Shown: positions 18,185-28,021 of the stretch, piece after piece
Layout: each line of letters opens with the position of its first letter
Position numbering within the stretch: position 1 is the first letter of the stretch
Origin: a virus
DNA length: 64,000 nucleotides
IMG/VR virus record: IMGVR_UViG_3300044692_000034
Span: 1-64,000 of that record
Reading direction: 5' to 3' (one strand)
The notes under the pieces: model-generated
The model's database searches: none
Told to the model about the DNA's origin: nothing
Seen by the model: the letters and a program-made list of their open reading frames with translations, nothing else
Position numbers and translations under genes: made by a program

Positions 18185-18843
18185 CCGGAGCCGGCATCGA
18201 GTTGAAGCCTGATGTCGGCCGGCAGCTCGTGCCCCTCCGCTGCCGCCTCGACCATCGCCTCTATGTCGGCGCGTGCCTTGGCGACCACGTTCTCCACGTG
18301 CTCCGTCAGCGACTCGGCCGCGAACTCCATGTTGCGTGGCGCGTTACCGATCGTGTGCCCGAGCGAGACAAGCGCCTCGCGTTGCGCCCGCTTCCCACCC
18401 ATCTCGAACGCCGCCTTCAGTTCGTCGTAGGCTGCCTGGACCTGTCGCAGCGCCTTACTGCCAGCGTCGAGGACCTCCCGGTGCGACTCAGCGAGGCGTG
18501 AGTCCGGCGGCGCCTGCGGCACATGCCCTTCTCCGACCAGCATCGTGAGTGTCGCCGACGCCCCACCGCCGTCCCCGATAGATGAGACGAACTCCGCCCA
18601 CTGGGAGAACGACATGTTCATCTCCAGCAGGATGTTGGTGCTGTGCTTATAGTCGCGGTTGAGGGTGCGGTGCCGCTTGCACCGCGAGATCGTCACGACC
18701 ATGTAGTGGTTGTGCTGGATCTCGCTGTCGAACAGCCACGCACCCGGAGATGATGAGACGCGACTTGCTGTGAGCAGAAGCCACGACTCGTGCATCTCGT
18801 TGCCGTTCTCGTCGATGCGGATCTGTGTGACCTCAGCCGGCAT
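18175..18843 (-). CDS. Conserved phage hypothetical protein
   Basis: LFDSEIQH...MSFSQWAEFVSS...ATL then coiled coil, a pattern I recognise from phage hypotheticals. Confidence 0.75.
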   Translation of the reverse strand: MPAEVTQIRIDENGNEMHESWLLLTASRVSSSPGAWLFDSEIQHNHYMVVTISRCKRHRTLNRDYKHSTNILLEMNMSFSQWAEFVSSIGDGGGASATLTMLVGEGHVPQAPPDSRLAESHREVLDAGSKALRQVQAAYDELKAAFEMGGKRAQREALVSLGHTIGNAPRNMEFAAESLTEHVENVVAKARADIEAMVEAAAEGHELPADIRLQLDAGSGER

Positions 18844-18977
18844 TGGGTGCCTCGACTGGCTTCGGGAGAGTCGCGCCGCATTTGCATGTCCCCTGCCCGT
18901 ACAAGTTCACAGGCACGGTAGCGCCGCACTCGTGGCACGTCATCACGTACCCCTGGATGCGACCATCGGGCAGGACC

Positions 18978-19340
18978 TCACCCATTGGGCTGCGCCTCCC
19001 GGATCTCCGCCAGCTTGCGCAAGCACGCGACGGCCGCGTCGTTGAGCGTCAAGCCGCGCCGCTCCAACACCTGCCGCAGATAGAACAGGACGTCGCCGGC
19101 TTCCTTGAGGAGCGCGTCGTCAGCGTCGTCCAGGGCATGGCCGGCGAGCACGGCACGGTCCATCTTCTTGGAGATGTTGGCGAGGGAGGCGTTCGCCTTG
19201 GCGAGCCCGATGCACATCTCGAACGCCTCGATGACCTCGCCGACCTCTCCGGTCAGGCCGTTGACCCAGAACGACAACAGGCCATCGTCGATCATGTTGA
19301 TGGCCGGTGTCGCGGCGTCGTGGAACGCGTCGAGGTCCAC
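18978..19340 (-). CDS. MazG-like nucleotide pyrophosphohydrolase
   Basis: GLTGEVGEV...KEAGDVLFYL motifs; TAGTG overlap. Confidence 0.85.
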   Translation of the reverse strand: MDLDAFHDAATPAINMIDDGLLSFWVNGLTGEVGEVIEAFEMCIGLAKANASLANISKKMDRAVLAGHALDDADDALLKEAGDVLFYLRQVLERRGLTLNDAAVACLRKLAEIREAQPNG

Positions 19341-19543
19341 TACCTCTCGTCCGCCTTCCGGATCAGTTCGAGTTGCGTGGAACCGACCCAGCGGGGTTCC
19401 CCGCCGCGCTCCGGCAGGATGCTGACATCCCAACCGTAGCGGTCGTGCTGCACGTCGAGGACGAGCGCCGGGTACCCGTGCTTGCCGAGCACCCGGACGC
19501 GGTCGCCTTCCCCGAAGGGAGGCTTCGTGGTGGTGGCGTCCAT
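19340..19543 (-). CDS. Small SH3/KOW-like protein
   Basis: FGEGDRVRV...WVGSTQLELI. Confidence 0.6.
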   Translation of the reverse strand: MDATTTKPPFGEGDRVRVLGKHGYPALVLDVQHDRYGWDVSILPERGGEPRWVGSTQLELIRKADER

Positions 19544-19683
19544 CAGGAGATGATGCTTCCGTCCTCGAGGCCGCCGGTGAGCGCGGCGACGAGGCCGCCG
19601 CCGCACACGAGCAGGATGACGGCGAGCCACACCGGCATCTCGTCGAACGGGGCGGGGAAGTAGGACTTGGTGGTGGTAGGCAT
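19543..19683 (-). CDS. Leaderless single-TM microprotein (46 aa, MPTTTKSY...)
   Basis: Hand-translated; TTGCGT-16-TAGTCT-7-ATG; TGATG overlap. Confidence 0.7.
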   Translation of the reverse strand: MPTTTKSYFPAPFDEMPVWLAVILLVCGGGLVAALTGGLEDGSIIS

Positions 19684-19731
19684 GAGCAGAAGACTACTCG
19701 CCTGAGCGGTCAACGCAACCGGACGCGTTCG

Positions 19732-20001
19732 CTAGTCGTTCGGGACGTTGTCACTGTCGATGAGCGGCACGCCCGTCACGTTCATCATGAGAGGTGGGGT
19801 GCCGTGCCCGAGCGTCGTCAGCTCGATGTTCTCACCGGCCGCGATCCGCTCCCGCTCCTCGTCCGTCGGGACCCACACGGATGAGATGCAGTACCCGTAC
19901 TGCTCGTGCTCACCCTCACGGACCCACAAGTCGTTCTCCGGCTTGTTGTCGGGCGGCAACGTGTACTTCCCGGTCGCCGTCAGGAAGTTCTGTGCTCTCA
20001 C
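19732..20001 (-). CDS. Phage hypothetical protein
   Basis: SVWVPTDEERERIAAGENIELTTLG..PP motif. Confidence 0.7.
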   Translation of the reverse strand: MRAQNFLTATGKYTLPPDNKPENDLWVREGEHEQYGYCISSVWVPTDEERERIAAGENIELTTLGHGTPPLMMNVTGVPLIDSDNVPND

Positions 20002-20468
20002 GAATACGTCCTCTCGATCAGGCCGGCTTGCACGTACATGAGAGCGACCATACCGAGGCCGATCGCGAACGCGAAGAACTTCTCGGGTGGATCGCCGGTC
20101 TCGAACCGCATGCCCGGCGGCAGGAAATGCAACCGCTTCTTCCCCACCGGCCTCGGGATGCCATGCAACGTGAGCCCGTCAGCGGCAAGGTGCAAGGTGT
20201 ACCCGAGCGCCACCCCCACCCCCAGCAGCCCGTACAGCGGCCACCTGTCCACGCACACCAGCGCCAGCACGGCGCAGAGCAGGACGCACGCGGGGTGGTG
20301 CGTAGGCCCCCGGTGCGGTATCGGACCGAACTCCAGCTGGTCCGGGAGCTTGCTCGCCGCTACGGTGCCGGCGACGATGAGCGCCATGTGCGTCGGTGTG
20401 GCGTCCAGCGCGGCGCAGATGCCTAGCGCTGCTGTCGTCCCTATCAGTACGTGCGTGGGTCCTGTCAC
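19998..20468 (-). CDS. YdjM-like membrane-bound metal-dependent hydrolase
   Basis: MTGPTH...LPD...HRGPTH...GYTLHLAAD motifs with TM segments. Confidence 0.85.
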   Translation of the reverse strand: MTGPTHVLIGTTAALGICAALDATPTHMALIVAGTVAASKLPDQLEFGPIPHRGPTHHPACVLLCAVLALVCVDRWPLYGLLGVGVALGYTLHLAADGLTLHGIPRPVGKKRLHFLPPGMRFETGDPPEKFFAFAIGLGMVALMYVQAGLIERTYS

Positions 20469-20614
20469 AGTCCCGAAGATACAGCTAAGCGGCGGGCATG
20501 TTGACCGACGGCCGAAAGGACCGTCCGTACTGGACGGCATCTTGACAAGAGATAATCGACTGTCGAGCGGCCCGCCGCTCAGCTTGTCCACGACGTGTTA
20601 GGTCGCCATGTAGG

Positions 20615-20995
20615 TTAGCGCGCGGCAGCAGCCGGTAGCTGAACCCCCGCGACCCACTCGGCGCTGTCAACGCGAAACGCGATGACGGAGGAGAGGGGGA
20701 TGTACCGATCCTTGCTCCGGCCCGAGGTCTGGTCGACGGTACGCACGAGGATGTCATCTCCCTGCGAGCTGCCGCGCGTACGCTGGACCATCACGCCGGT
20801 GAATCGATGCTTCACGGTGTCGGCGGTCACCATCACCTTTCCGACGCCCTTGAGCAGTCGCGCTGCGTCTGCGACGTCACGTGCCGTCGTGATGATGTAC
20901 GCCTTGGAGGCAAACTGGCGGCCCACGAGCTGCGCCAGCTTCTCCATCTCCGCCACCATCTCAGGGGTGGCGTCCTTCTCGTCCTGGGTGGGCAT
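20615..20995 (-). CDS. Hypothetical protein, Sm/SH3-like C-terminus
   Basis: RYIPLSSVIAFRV; leadered. Confidence 0.6.
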   Translation of the reverse strand: MPTQDEKDATPEMVAEMEKLAQLVGRQFASKAYIITTARDVADAARLLKGVGKVMVTADTVKHRFTGVMVQRTRGSSQGDDILVRTVDQTSGRSKDRYIPLSSVIAFRVDSAEWVAGVQLPAAAAR

Positions 20996-21001
20996 CTAGC
21001 C

Positions 21002-21346
21002 TCACGCTCCCGGTCGTTTGCCTTTGATTTGATCGATGAGACGTATCGCTTCGACCCTGAGAAGGGAGAACACATCGTCTGCGGGCTCCCCTAGTCTCAG
21101 CAGGTACTTCGCTTGCCGCTCGCTCAGCGGCCGTCCCCTCGACACCCATTCGTGCGTCGAGTCTTCGAGAGGATGCAGCAGGAGCAGCTTGTCCATCAGC
21201 CGCTCCGCGTCAGTAGCGCTCGCGCCGGCCCCGAGATGCACGATCTGCGGCAATCCCCGCTCCGCAGCAAGATCGTTGATGTAGTCGATCTGTTGCTGCC
21301 ATGGCGCAAGGCTGTGCGCCCGGCGGCTTGCAAGCGCCGCGCTCAT
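21002..21346 (-). CDS. Hypothetical protein
   Basis: Two S/P-x-x-Q-x-x-Y helical repeats. Confidence 0.6.
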   Translation of the reverse strand: MSAALASRRAHSLAPWQQQIDYINDLAAERGLPQIVHLGAGASATDAERLMDKLLLLHPLEDSTHEWVSRGRPLSERQAKYLLRLGEPADDVFSLLRVEAIRLIDQIKGKRPGA

Positions 21347-21660
21347 GGCATCCGCCACCGGCGCGGGCGGGAGTCGCGCACACGAACCACGAGTCCGCGC
21401 TTCTCCAACGTCCCGAGCACGACGTACGCATTCGGGTAGTCGTAGTTCAGGGCGCCTGCAATCTCGTTCGTCGTGTACCCGTTTGGCTTGTCGTGCTCCG
21501 CAAGCCATTCGACAAAGCGAGCCTGCGCAGACCCGAGCTGATGCGTCTCCTCTTCTCCTCCGAGCGCTTGCGCTAGCGCGATGTGCGCACGGCCGACAGC
21601 GGCATGGAAGTCGGCGTACGCTTGCCGGGTCGAGTCGTCTGGCGGTAGGTCGGTGGGCAT
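21343..21660 (-). CDS. Leaderless winged-HTH protein (MPTDLP...)
   Basis: YTTNEIAGAL...VLGTLEKRGLV; TTGCTA-17-TAGCCT-7-ATG. Confidence 0.8.
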   Translation of the reverse strand: MPTDLPPDDSTRQAYADFHAAVGRAHIALAQALGGEEETHQLGSAQARFVEWLAEHDKPNGYTTNEIAGALNYDYPNAYVVLGTLEKRGLVVRVRDSRPRRWRMP

Positions 21661-21879
21661 AGAACGAAGGCTATATGCTGGTTATGGTCGTAGCAAAAAG
21701 GAAGGTTCGTAGCGCGTAGCAAGCGGCCGGACCCCGTAGCGACGCCCGGTGCCCGGCGGCCCCTGGCAAACGATCCGAGCACAGGGACGGCGAGGCAGTA
21801 GCGGCGCGAGCCGGTAGGAGATCGCCGCTGGTCAGGCGGCACCGGCATAGGGCGCGATGGGCTTGGAGTCGGCCGCTTG

Positions 21880-22293
21880 CTACGGGTTACGAACCTTGTA
21901 GTCCTTTGTGGCCTCGCGGCCTTGGTCGGTGATGCGGTACTGATGCTTCCCGGCGCGCACCAGCTTCACATCGACGTGGCGTAGGGTGCGGCCCTTCCTG
22001 AGGCATCGGTTGACCTGGGACTGGCTCAATCCGGTGCCGTTCTTGAGCGTGATCACTGCTGCGTAGCTGTGCTTCGCCAGCTCCGCTAGAACCTGGAAGT
22101 ACGCCCGGTCGCTGACCCTGATCTCCTCCGCCGGAGTAGCGGTGGTGAACCCGTTGACCGCCGCAAGCACTGCCTGCGCCGCATCGACTTCCACCTGCGC
22201 CTCGTCTCGCACCCTGGTGAAGTAGTCGAGACGCTGCTTCGCTGCGTTGCGCAGGTCATCGAAGGACGGCAGCTCGGGAAGGTCGTCGCTCAT
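21880..22293 (-). CDS. Coiled coil + winged-HTH protein
   Basis: TGLSQSQVNRCL...YRITDQG. Confidence 0.7.
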   Translation of the reverse strand: MSDDLPELPSFDDLRNAAKQRLDYFTRVRDEAQVEVDAAQAVLAAVNGFTTATPAEEIRVSDRAYFQVLAELAKHSYAAVITLKNGTGLSQSQVNRCLRKGRTLRHVDVKLVRAGKHQYRITDQGREATKDYKVRNP

Positions 22294-22415
22294 CGGTGTC
22301 CTTGTAGAGACGTCGCCGCCGCCGATACGAGCCCCGCCACAGGACCCGGACCGGCGGCGACGTTGGCCCTAGTTGCCCACCGGGCCAAGATCGAATAGTG
22401 GTGCGTGGTGGGCAT
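22290..22415 (-). CDS. Leaderless microprotein (41 aa, MPTTHHY...)
   Basis: TTGCAG-17-TAACTT-7-ATG; ATGA overlap with next gene. Confidence 0.65.
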   Translation of the reverse strand: MPTTHHYSILARWATRANVAAGPGPVAGLVSAAATSLQGHR

Positions 22416-22813
22416 GCTCAAGAAGTTAGCGGCGCGGTTTAGTCGCTGCAAGCGCTCAGGCGCGGAGGCCCCAAACGGCAATCGCTACGAGCATCACGCA
22501 GGCGATCACAATGTACGCGCCAAGGACAGACGGGTCATCCGCAAACCTGCCGACGCTCACAACGCCGTACACCACACTGAACACGATCACGAGCCAACAG
22601 CATGTCCTGTTGCTCATCGGAGCACCCGCGCATCTCCGAAGTCATGCTTGAAGAACGCACGGCCAGTGTTGCTGTGTCCGTCCGGACCTGTAATCAGGAT
22701 GCGGTCGTCGTACGGTTGGTCGTGGCGCATCATCCCCACGTAGGAGTGACCGTACCGGTCCATGACACAGACCCAGACTCCCCCTTCGACACGCTGCTTT
22801 GTTTCCTCGAAAG

Positions 22814-23080
22814 TCATCGACGTATGCTGCTGATGCTCTCGACGTTCTCTGCGACGAACTTGGCGTACACGACTCCTTGACCCGAGCCGACGAACATAAC
22901 CTTCTGGATCGTCAGCTTGTGCCACGCGTAGTTGATCCAGTGATGTATGGGTGCGTCTGTCGGAGGCTCCAACGACTTGTCTTCGAACTGTGATGGATCG
23001 AGCCTGTACGTGGCTCCCGAGACAGTCCGAATGACCAGCGTCGGCGCAGGCGTGGGCTCGGATTCAGGAGTGGTGGGCAT
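22814..23080 (-). CDS. Leaderless hypothetical protein (MPTTPES...)
   Basis: Family promoter. Confidence 0.8.
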   Translation of the reverse strand: MPTTPESEPTPAPTLVIRTVSGATYRLDPSQFEDKSLEPPTDAPIHHWINYAWHKLTIQKVMFVGSGQGVVYAKFVAENVESISSIRR

Positions 23081-23129
23081 GCCAGAAGACTACGGTGCCG
23101 TACTGGTCAGGGCAAGGCCCTAACGTTCA
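23081..23129 (-). promoter_or_regulatory. Family promoter TGAAC-9-TTGCCC-17-TAGTCT-6-ATG
   Basis: Direct reading. Confidence 0.85.
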
Positions 23130-23339
23130 GAGCACTACCCACCGGCCGCACACGACAGACAAGATGCGGCCATCGGCGTGCTCATCCGGTGTCATCGCAG
23201 GCCCCGGCATGCGGCCGATTTCGCTTCGCCAAGCACTGCTGTTGAGCATCTTGAACGCCGCAGCGTCCGCGCCGTCCTCGAACTCCCCAACCACAGGCAG
23301 GCCGGTCAGGGAGTACAGGACGACGCGGAAGCGGTTCAT

Positions 23340-23687
23340 CTAGCGGCCGTGCGCGGCCGACATGATGGTGTCGTGGGCGGTCTGCGCGGCGCTGAGCGCG
23401 AGCACCGCCGAGAGGTACAGCTCGTCGGTGTCCTCGCCCTCGGTCGCCGGGTTGACCCAGACCGGCTTGCGGGTGCTGAGGTCGACGATCATGACGACGC
23501 CGAGGGTGTGCGGGTCGCCGTTCTCCCCGAGAGAGAGGACCACGCACTCCAGCGGGTTCTCGATGTCACGGAACGGGTGGTCGACGAACGCGTTGTAGAC
23601 CGCGAGGCTCGTCACGGACATGCTGGAGCGCGAGAACACGTGCGGATCGATCTGCGGCCCGTTGTACTGCTCGTCTGGTGTGCTCAT
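23340..23687 (-). CDS. Leaderless hypothetical protein (MSTPDEQ...)
   Basis: TGAAC-8-TTGCCC-17-TACGTT-7-ATG. Confidence 0.75.
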   Translation of the reverse strand: MSTPDEQYNGPQIDPHVFSRSSMSVTSLAVYNAFVDHPFRDIENPLECVVLSLGENGDPHTLGVVMIVDLSTRKPVWVNPATEGEDTDELYLSAVLALSAAQTAHDTIMSAAHGR

Positions 23688-23752
23688 ACCCACCAACGTA
23701 TGCGCCACGCCACATCCGGGCAAGGGCTAGTGTTCAGACACCGACAAGGCTT

Positions 23753-23944
23753 CTACTTCGAACGTTTTAGGTTGGCACCGCATCCGTTGCACTTCAATCG
23801 TTTGGGCATAACAACTGCGCCCAGCCCGATCGTTGCTACGCCTAGCAGCTTCGCCTTCCCTGTTCTTTTGACGGTGAACGAGTTCTTAGCCCCACACCGA
23901 GGACAGCAAACGTTGCCATCGTCGTCGACAATCGTCTTCTTCAT
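23753..23944 (-). CDS. Zn-ribbon protein with central hydrophobic segment
   Basis: CPRC...CNGC. Confidence 0.7.
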   Translation of the reverse strand: MKKTIVDDDGNVCCPRCGAKNSFTVKRTGKAKLLGVATIGLGAVVMPKRLKCNGCGANLKRSK

Positions 23945-24171
23945 GCGGACACCCTCTCGACCAGCTTTTCGGCTTGCGCTCGTGTGATGCGGTACGCCTT
24001 GAGCCCTTCCATGAGCGGCCCATCAACGATCCACGTATCGGATGGGAAGAGGTTGTGGTATTCGCTCGTGCCACCGTAGAACGCGCCGAGGATGACGCAC
24101 GCCGGGCGCATCGCCTCGATGTTGAAGACGATGACGCCTTCGTCTGGTAGCGGTCTAGTTCCGAGGGGCAT
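23941..24171 (-). CDS. Hypothetical protein, paralog of 26006-26236
   Basis: Shared LPDEG..FN.E.MRPACVIL.A.YG.TSEYHN.FP. Confidence 0.8.
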   Translation of the reverse strand: MPLGTRPLPDEGVIVFNIEAMRPACVILGAFYGGTSEYHNLFPSDTWIVDGPLMEGLKAYRITRAQAEKLVERVSA

Positions 24172-24397
24172 ATGGTTCTGGGTCGTGCGCGTTGAGCGGC
24201 CTCATCATGACAACGTCCTCGCGGGCGATCGCTAGCTCGTGGGCGTTGCCGGTCGTGTCGCACGAATGGTTGTAGGTTGCCCGGGTCATGCCGGTCTTGC
24301 GCATAAGTTCAGCAGCAGAACGCGCGATCATGACGCACCTGACTTGCACCCCATGATGCATGTCGGTCCACCCGTAAACCTTCAGTTCTCGTGTCAT
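24155..24397 (-). CDS. Hypothetical protein
   Basis: ORF track, coupled. Confidence 0.65.
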   Translation of the reverse strand: MTRELKVYGWTDMHHGVQVRCVMIARSAAELMRKTGMTRATYNHSCDTTGNAHELAIAREDVVMMRPLNAHDPEPYAPRN

Positions 24398-24581
24398 GCC
24401 GGGCGTACCTCGTCCCAGCGCAGCATTCGCGGAGACGCCTCACCGTCAAATAGCACATAGATGAAGCATCCGCTGTGCTCGTACCCGGCGATCTCTCCTT
24501 CCGCTCCAGCGGGCAGAACTCCGTAGCTGTCGTAGAGAGACACGCGCCAGCCGTCCATCCCATTACGCCAACGTGAGTCCA

Positions 24582-24905
24582 TCAGCGTTCGGCCACGCCA
24601 CCGCATTCGGGCTGACTGGCGGCGATGCGATCCGCCAACTGCCGCCACTTGTCGCCGAGCTGCATGTCGAACGTCTCGGCCGCCTCGCGCCGGATCAGGG
24701 CCACGATGCGCTCGCGCTCAGCCTCCACGGCCCCCGCCAGTCGGTCTGCGCGGACGTACTTGACCGAGCGCACGTTGTCCGGGCACTCGTGCCGACGGCC
24801 GGTCTTCTCGCACCAGGACGGGTGGAACCGCAGGTGCTCGTTGCAGTCCGGGCAGACGTTGACCTTGATCGATTCAGGCCCGATAACACGCGTTGTGTCG
24901 CTCAT
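24582..24905 (-). CDS. Zn-binding hypothetical protein
   Basis: CPDC...HPSWC. Confidence 0.6.
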   Translation of the reverse strand: MSDTTRVIGPESIKVNVCPDCNEHLRFHPSWCEKTGRRHECPDNVRSVKYVRADRLAGAVEAERERIVALIRREAAETFDMQLGDKWRQLADRIAASQPECGGVAER

Positions 24906-25155
24906 CGCCTACTGCTCCCAAGGGCGGCATGGACCTTCGCCAACACCGCGCTCCGGCGGTCGGCGACCTGCGTCTCCGTGTCGTCGGTCAGCGGGCGGCG
25001 AAAGTAGTCCTCGACCGCCTGCACGACCCGAAACAGCAGCGCCCCACTCGCGCGGGCCTCCATCTCCCGCTGTGGACCGGCATCGTCGCGCTGATCCATC
25101 GCCACGCGGACGGCTCCGCTCGGGAAGCGCAGCATCCACCAACGCTCGATATTGC

Positions 25156-25557
25156 TCATTCGGTCGTCTCCTGCGCCGTGTTGAGGGCGGTCACTATCTG
25201 CTCGTCGGTCGCATCGATCGGGAGATGGATGCCGTGCTCACGCAGCAGGTCAGCGGCGAGATCGCGACCAGATCGCGGCTTGGCCTCGATCGTCGTCCCG
25301 TCAGGAAGCGAGACCGTGCCGCCCTGCTCGGTGAGGTCGGCGAGACGATTCATCAGGTCTTCGTCAGCCGGGACGTCGAGAGCGCGGAGCGCGGTCCAGA
25401 ACTCGCGCGCCTCCAGCGTCACGACAGCCCGAGAGGAGACCACCGTGTCGATGCCCTCAGGGCTCGCGATACCGGCACGGTCGCGTGAACGCTTGGCCGC
25501 CGCGCCGAGTGGGCTCGGCCGCGTCGTGGTGATCAGGAACGGCATCAATTGCTCCAT
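25156..25557 (-). CDS. Hypothetical protein
   Basis: ORF track. Confidence 0.6.
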   Translation of the reverse strand: MEQLMPFLITTTRPSPLGAAAKRSRDRAGIASPEGIDTVVSSRAVVTLEAREFWTALRALDVPADEDLMNRLADLTEQGGTVSLPDGTTIEAKPRSGRDLAADLLREHGIHLPIDATDEQIVTALNTAQETTE

Positions 25558-25571
25558 CGGTCACAGTAGCA

Positions 25572-25973
25572 TTAGCCGACCAGCCAGACGCAGAAGAAGG
25601 CTTCGAGTAACACGAGTCCGGCTGTGACAGCCGCTTGGTGACGGACGTGCTTGCACGTGCGGGCGCCGAGCGCTCCAGCGGCCACGCTCCCGGCGCCTAC
25701 GGCAACGTGGTACAGGGTGTCTGGACGGCGGCTACCCGTGGCAAGGAGCACGAGCAGGACTCCAGTGAGCAGCAGCGCATACGGCACGGTTCCGTGCGGA
25801 AGTCTCGACTTGCGCGGCAACGGACCACGATCGGCGGCAGTCTTGAAATCGACGAGCCACATGACCTTGCCGTTCTCAAGAAGACCAGCGGCTTCGAAGT
25901 ACATGTCGGCGGGAGGTAGGTCCTGCTCGTGCCACGGCTCACGCGGCGGAGGAGGAGGGAAGGCGGCAGGCAT
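25572..25973 (-). CDS. Leaderless membrane protein (MPAAFP...)
   Basis: TTGAAT-17-TAGTCT-7-ATG; three hydrophobic segments. Confidence 0.75.
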   Translation of the reverse strand: MPAAFPPPPPREPWHEQDLPPADMYFEAAGLLENGKVMWLVDFKTAADRGPLPRKSRLPHGTVPYALLLTGVLLVLLATGSRRPDTLYHVAVGAGSVAAGALGARTCKHVRHQAAVTAGLVLLEAFFCVWLVG

Positions 25974-26005
25974 GCAAGAAAGACTACGCAGCCGGCACAA
26001 TCAAT

Positions 26006-26236
26006 TCAACGTATTAGTTTCGTTACACGCTTCACAAGCTCTTCGACCTGGCCGCGTCGAATCTTGTACAGCTTGAGCCCCGCGACCTCGTCCCCCTGGA
26101 CGATCCACGACTCGACAGGAAACGCGTTGTGATACTCACTCGTCGCACCGTACGCGGCCGCAAGGATCACGCACGCCGGCCGCATCTCCTCGACGTTGAA
26201 CATGATGTAACCCTCGTCGGGCAGTTCCCTCTTCAT
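26006..26236 (-). CDS. Hypothetical protein, paralog of 23941-24171
   Basis: See paralog. Confidence 0.8.
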   Translation of the reverse strand: MKRELPDEGYIMFNVEEMRPACVILAAAYGATSEYHNAFPVESWIVQGDEVAGLKLYKIRRGQVEELVKRVTKLIR

Positions 26237-26441
26237 ACTCCCCACCAGAGGTAGCGACCTATCTCGTCGTAGTGTGATGGGTCGGAGCGCAGCGGCCCAA
26301 CCTGCCCCGGGTCATCGACTGCTGCTAGGTACGGCTTCTGCCACCCGAAGCGCACGTCAAAGACGCCAGCGCCGTACCACGCCATCCCTTCGAGGTATAG
26401 CCCGAACGGCTTGATCGGCACCAGCAGGGACAGCAGCCAGT

Positions 26442-26690
26442 TCATACGGCCACGCGAGCACCCTCGGCCACGAGGGTGAGCCGCCACGAGATCACGTCCA
26501 CGAAACGGATGGAGCGCCGGAAGTCGCCCTGCACAACGATGAACGTGTGCTGGTTGCCGGTGCCGGCGAGTTCCACCTTCTTGTCGACAAGCCCGTAGAA
26601 CGAGCCATCGGCATCACCGATCGTGCACGTGAAGAGCCCTCCGTGCTCCGCCGCGAGCCGCACAGCAGCATGGAGGCCGATCTGGTTCAC
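26442..26690 (-). CDS. Small WYL/Sm-like beta-barrel protein
   Basis: FRRSIRFVDVISW. Confidence 0.55.
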   Translation of the reverse strand: MNQIGLHAAVRLAAEHGGLFTCTIGDADGSFYGLVDKKVELAGTGNQHTFIVVQGDFRRSIRFVDVISWRLTLVAEGARVAV

Positions 26691-26881
26691 CGCTCGACGA
26701 CCACTCCCCAGCCGGAGCCGATGCGCTGCACCAGGTCCCTGCGCGTCAACTCTTCGAACGAGCGGTACACGTCCGACTCCTCGACCGTGGTGTCCTGGAT
26801 GACCTGCTGGATGGTCGCCCCGGGATGCTCACGCAGGTAGCTGACGACCCGCTGCATGGACGATGTTTCGTTCTGTGTCAT
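26687..26881 (-). CDS. Winged-HTH protein
   Basis: VVSYLREHPGATIQQVIQDT...VYRSFEELTRRDLV. Confidence 0.75.
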   Translation of the reverse strand: MTQNETSSMQRVVSYLREHPGATIQQVIQDTTVEESDVYRSFEELTRRDLVQRIGSGWGVVVER

Positions 26882-26926
26882 GACCCTATTCCTAGTGCAT
26901 CTCGTTTACGTTCGAACCATCTCCGC

Positions 26927-27364
26927 TCATCTACCTGGCCGCTTCTGGTATTCGAAGCAAGTTCCATCAGGGAACTTGCTCAACGCTCTCCCGACGACCT
27001 CTCCTGCGCCGCGATTCTCAGAAGAGTTGACGTATCGAACATCGGCTCCACTGCCACCCTCCCGCGACGCAGCGATCGGGTACTCATCACGGTCGTACCC
27101 GTGCTTGGTGGGGATACCTTTGAGCGACTCCGACCGGTGCAGGTCTGCGTCGCCTCGGTCGATGTGCATGCGCCGTGGTTCGCCCTTGTCGATGGCGTCC
27201 CACGCATGGCCGAGGATGTGCGGGTACTTCGTGTAGCTCAGGTTGACGACGACGCAGTGTTCCTGTTTCGCCGGCGACGCGGTTACCGGCTTTGTGCTCG
27301 GCTTGTCATGCCAGAAGAACAACGCGACGAGCACGACCGCGATGAACGCGTATGGTGATGCCAT
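26927..27364 (-). CDS. NucA/NucB-family secreted deoxyribonuclease
   Basis: Signal anchor; YPHILGH, DRDEYPIA, GGSGADVRYVNSSENRGAG. Confidence 0.9.
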   Translation of the reverse strand: MASPYAFIAVVLVALFFWHDKPSTKPVTASPAKQEHCVVVNLSYTKYPHILGHAWDAIDKGEPRRMHIDRGDADLHRSESLKGIPTKHGYDRDEYPIAASREGGSGADVRYVNSSENRGAGEVVGRALSKFPDGTCFEYQKRPGR

Positions 27365-27631
27365 GCGCCCGCGCACTAATGCACCGTCACAAGATGCATC
27401 GCGACGACAAAGCACCACGGCAGGCACACCATGACGACAACGATCGCCGCCACGACGAGCATCAGCGTCCTAGGCGGGATGCTCACGCCTGCCGCCGCTG
27501 CCAGTAGTAGTACGCCCAGCAGAACATGACAAACAACCACGCGAGGGTGCACACGGCCGCGAGGTACCAGATGCGGTTTCCGTACACGTACAGCGTGAGC
27601 GCGATGAACGCGACACGCCAGAGCCACAGGC

Positions 27632-27961
27632 TCATGCGACGTACTCCTCGGCGCGCATCGCGGCTTCCTCCATCTCGCGCTCCTGCACGAGCATGCTCGC
27701 GTACCGGGCCGGGTCGACCTGCTCCGTGAACTCCCAGTCCTCCACGATGTACAGCAGCTCCGCGTCGCCGTCGACGCGTTCGATGAGCCACTGGTTCTGC
27801 CACACGTACGCGCTCGGTTCGTACCGCTCGTACTCGACGACGTCGAACAGGCCGGTGATGCAGCATTCGCCGGCGGCGTGGAGGTCGGCGTGCTGTTCGT
27901 CGGAGACAACGGATGCGACGCAGCCGAGGAGGTAGACACGTTGTGGCATGGGGGTGGGCAT
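27632..27961 (-). CDS. Leaderless hypothetical protein (MPTPMPQ...)
   Basis: Family promoter. Confidence 0.8.
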   Translation of the reverse strand: MPTPMPQRVYLLGCVASVVSDEQHADLHAAGECCITGLFDVVEYERYEPSAYVWQNQWLIERVDGDAELLYIVEDWEFTEQVDPARYASMLVQEREMEEAAMRAEEYVA

Positions 27962-27997
27962 GCTCCGAAGACTACGGGCCGCTAGCGGTCAACGCAA
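27962..27997 (-). promoter_or_regulatory. Family promoter TTGCGT-17-TAGTCT-7-ATG
   Basis: -35 at 27992-27997, -10 at 27969-27974. Confidence 0.85.
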
Positions 27998-28021
27998 GCG
28001 GCCCGTGTCAGGTTGCGGACG

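Noticed and set aside
20985-21010. MPT starts at 20995 (and 32394) as members of the leaderless family
   Set aside because: No -10/-35 at the family spacing; both are internal, leadered or coupled genes
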